From the NCBI RefSeq assembly GCF_001194135.2, contig NC_068989.1:88514984-88578983 (forward strand): 64,000 nt of DNA, in the 5' to 3' direction. A program made the position numbers and the translations under genes. This DNA is from Octopus bimaculoides (Eukaryota). This document shows positions 61,031-64,000 of this stretch, piece by piece. How positions within the stretch are numbered: the stretch's first letter is position 1; every line of letters begins with the position of its first letter. The notes under the pieces are model-generated. The model was not told the DNA's origin, ran no database searches, and worked only from the letters and a program-made list of their open reading frames with translations.

Positions 61031-62024
61031 CCAGAGGAGTATAAACACACCAACACTGGTTCTCAAGTGGTGATGGGACACACACACACACACACACACA
61101 CAAAGCCATGGATTTGATTCTCCAAGAAATTTCCCACCACAACAAACTATATAATTAATTCTATTGACATTAAGCCCCCTACCTACAATCAGGAGATGAC
61201 AGGTTATGATTTAAATGCATCGAATATTTTTTTCCCTGAATACAGAAAAAAAAAATGTGTAACAATCATAAGTCTATTCATCCATCCATCTTATCCGTCC
61301 ACTAACCCTGTGAGAGCAGAATCCTCAGGCACCTCTTTCACAGGGTCCTATCAAAAGCAACCATCATTAAATTTTCCTACTCAATCATTAATGGTTGCTC
61401 CTTCCTTGGACCAGCTTTGGGGTCCTGGGACATGCATCCTTTATTTTCCCGCTCCTACATCTCCCAGAACAAGTTACAGGGTTATTGCTGGTTGTACTGG
61501 CATTGGGTGGAGACTACAATATATTTTTCAAACAGACTCCTCTACTTAAGATCCAAACAGGTCCCTTGTTAACACATGCAACAGGCAGTAGGGTTCTTCC
61601 TCTGGAACCGTTTCATATTGCAGTTTTTGGGAGTCTTATTCGTGCCAGGCAGTTAGTATTTGTATTTGATCCACAAAAATAATGACAAAAGAAATAAATT
61701 ACAAAATAGGAAAAAATAAAAGAAACCAGAAAAAAATATATTATAATAATAATAATAATCTCAATAGATTTTTAAAAAAAATATCAAGAAATGTGATGTA
61801 ATATTGTTGAAAATTACTTTTGAATAAAAGACTATGGTTTTATGGTTATTATTAGTTTATCACAGAAAAAATATAAGGATTTTAAACAGTAAACATTTCT
61901 AACTGGGACTAAAATATACTAAAATTAAAAAAAAAAAATAATTGTGGACTTTCACCAAAGCACTCATTACTACTACTACTACTACTACTACTATTCCTAA
62001 TCCTACTACTACTACTACTACTAC

Positions 62025-62066
<42 letters not shown>

Positions 62067-62079
62067 ATAATAATAATAA

Positions 62080-62620
62080 TTTCTACAAAAGGCACAAGGC
62101 CTGAAATTTGGAGGAGGGAAACAGTTGATTACATTGACTTCCATATTTGACTGGTATTTATTTTATTGACCCCGAAAGGATGAAAGACGAAGTCGACCTC
62201 GGCGGAATTTGAACTCAGAATGTGAAGACGGACGAAATGCCGCTAAGCATTTTGGTAGAGTGTGCTGACGATTCTACCAGTTCGCTGGCATTGGCCACGT
62301 TCGGATGGTGCTTCTTACGTGCCACCGGCACGGAAGCAGCGCTGGCATCGGCCACATTCAGATGGTGCTTTTTATGTGCCAGTGGCACGGGGATCACAAC
62401 TACAATTTCCATTTGATTTTGACTTTGATGTACTTGACTCAATAAGTCTCCTCAAGCACAGCATGTTGCCCTACGATCCAAGGTACTTTTGAATGGGCTG
62501 GGGCTGGTTATGCAACACTGGTGTAGATTTCAGCTGTGAACTCGCTTTATTTGCAGGGTCTTTGCAGTCACAGCATATCTCCAGAGGTCTCGGTCTTTTA
62601 TCATTGCCTCTGTGAAAATG
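62080..62620 (-). mobile_element. SINE family B copy adjacent to a family C fragment
   Basis: Family B at about 62080-62285, family C tandem units from about 62285 onward. Confidence 0.7.
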
Positions 62621-63439
62621 GTTTGACTCCTACATGAATAAATATGGTGGACCCCTTGGCATTCTGAACTGCAATTCCATATGGGGGTCAATGGAAGGTA
62701 GCATCCTGGTTGATCTCATCTTTCATCCTTCAAGAAGGATTTTTACAAAGAGACCTTCAAACCAGACCCTGCCCCCTGCCAATAGTGATATACCCTGATA
62801 TGCTTAAATATAATGACATTAGGAAAGGCATCAAGCTGTAGAACACAGCTGGATGCTCTTCATGCCAAAAGCAAACATTGGAGCATGCTGTAGTCTACTG
62901 GTCTGCTGGCTCCCGTCAAACCATCCAACTCATGAAAAACAGATGTTAAATGGTGATGATGATGATCTTTTAAGGGCCAATTGTTAGGCTGTGGTTTTGT
63001 AGCATCAAACACAAAACACAAGACATTAACATTCAATAGACACCAGCCTTTCATAGGCAACATACCCAAGTGATCTTGTACCTATTTCAAGAGACAGCAA
63101 AATGTAAACTGAGGTAATAAGGATCAAAGGGTTTTGCCCAAACAAAACACAACAAAGCACCAGAACTGGAGTTGAAAATGCAACAATGATTTCATCTCAT
63201 TATATGTATAAAGACATCACTCACACTGTCTTTACCACAGGCAGAACTGTTTTATTTGTATGAGCCCCAGGTAGAGGAAGTTTGGAGGGAATGGACAAAG
63301 TTTATTCATTTCACAAGAGTGAGGACCTAAGACAAGACTGAAAAACAGGGTTTTGGGTCACATGATTGTGTTAACAACATGAGCAACATAGATGGTTTCC
63401 AGCATAGGCAAAAGACCACAAATTTCTGTGAGGATGGAA

Positions 63440-64000
63440 CGGTTAATTGAATCAATCACAGTATATAACTGGTAGTATCTTACCAACTCCAGAATTTGAA
63501 GTCAGAATGTAAAGATGAAAGAAATGCCAATAAATATTTTATCCAGTGTTCTAATGATTCTGCCAGCTCACCACATAATAATAATAATAATAATAATAAT
63601 GGTTTCAAATTTTGCCACCAGGGCAGCAATTATGGGTGAGGGGATGAGTCGATTCCGTTGATCCCAATGTTCAACTGGTACTTATTTTATTGACCCAGAA
63701 AGGATGAAAGGCAAAGTCGACCTTGGTAGAATTTGAACTCAGAACATAGAGACGGGCAAAATACTGCCAAGCATTTCACACAGCGTGCTAACGATCCTGC
63801 CAGCTCACTGCCTGTTAATAACAATAATAATAATAATAATCCTTTCTAGTGGAATCACAAGGCCTGAAATTTTGGGGAAGTGATTAAGTCGATTACATCA
63901 ACCCTAGTGCATAACTGGTACTTATTTTATCGACCTCGGAAACATGAAAGGCAAAGTCAACATTGGCAGAGTTTGAAGTCAGAATGTAACGATGAATGAA
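63440..64000 (-). mobile_element. Chain of SINE family B copies with (TAA)n spacers
   Basis: Repeated GAAAGGCAAAGTCGACC...GAATTTGAACTCAGAAC units. Confidence 0.75.

Noticed and set aside
61196-61682. Coding exon(s) of a third gene
   Set aside because: Short ORFs on either strand show no recognisable motif or consistent splice pattern.

Overview
AT-rich, microsatellite- and SINE-dense animal genomic DNA with many N gaps. The repeat families resemble those I associate with Octopus/coleoid cephalopods (inference, not verified by a search). Two convergent spliced genes are supported. (1) Plus strand: a DUF4773-like Cys-rich, probably secreted glycoprotein, with exons 10494-11062, 19835-19892 and 28694-28938 and an unresolved first exon. 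(2) Minus strand: an intact but strongly diverged alpha-tubulin, with exons 50390-50168, 45107-44934 and 39476-38518 and an unresolved first exon (about 452 aa, ending -EEY). The tubulin keeps its nucleotide pocket. It naturally carries Ala at the catalytic GAP residue E254, plus D251N, loss of K40, a rewritten M-loop, altered motor-binding residues and no MREC N-terminus; this is the most interesting signal in the window. The rest is tRNA-derived SINEs, non-LTR fragments (RTE, R4/Dong-like, Tx1-like, L2/Crack-like), small DNA-transposon derivatives (mariner foldback, Tc1-, hAT- and piggyBac-like MITEs, a non-autonomous Helitron) and tandem repeats. SINE and LINE boundaries are approximate. 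No CRISPR array, rRNA or genuine tRNA gene is supported.
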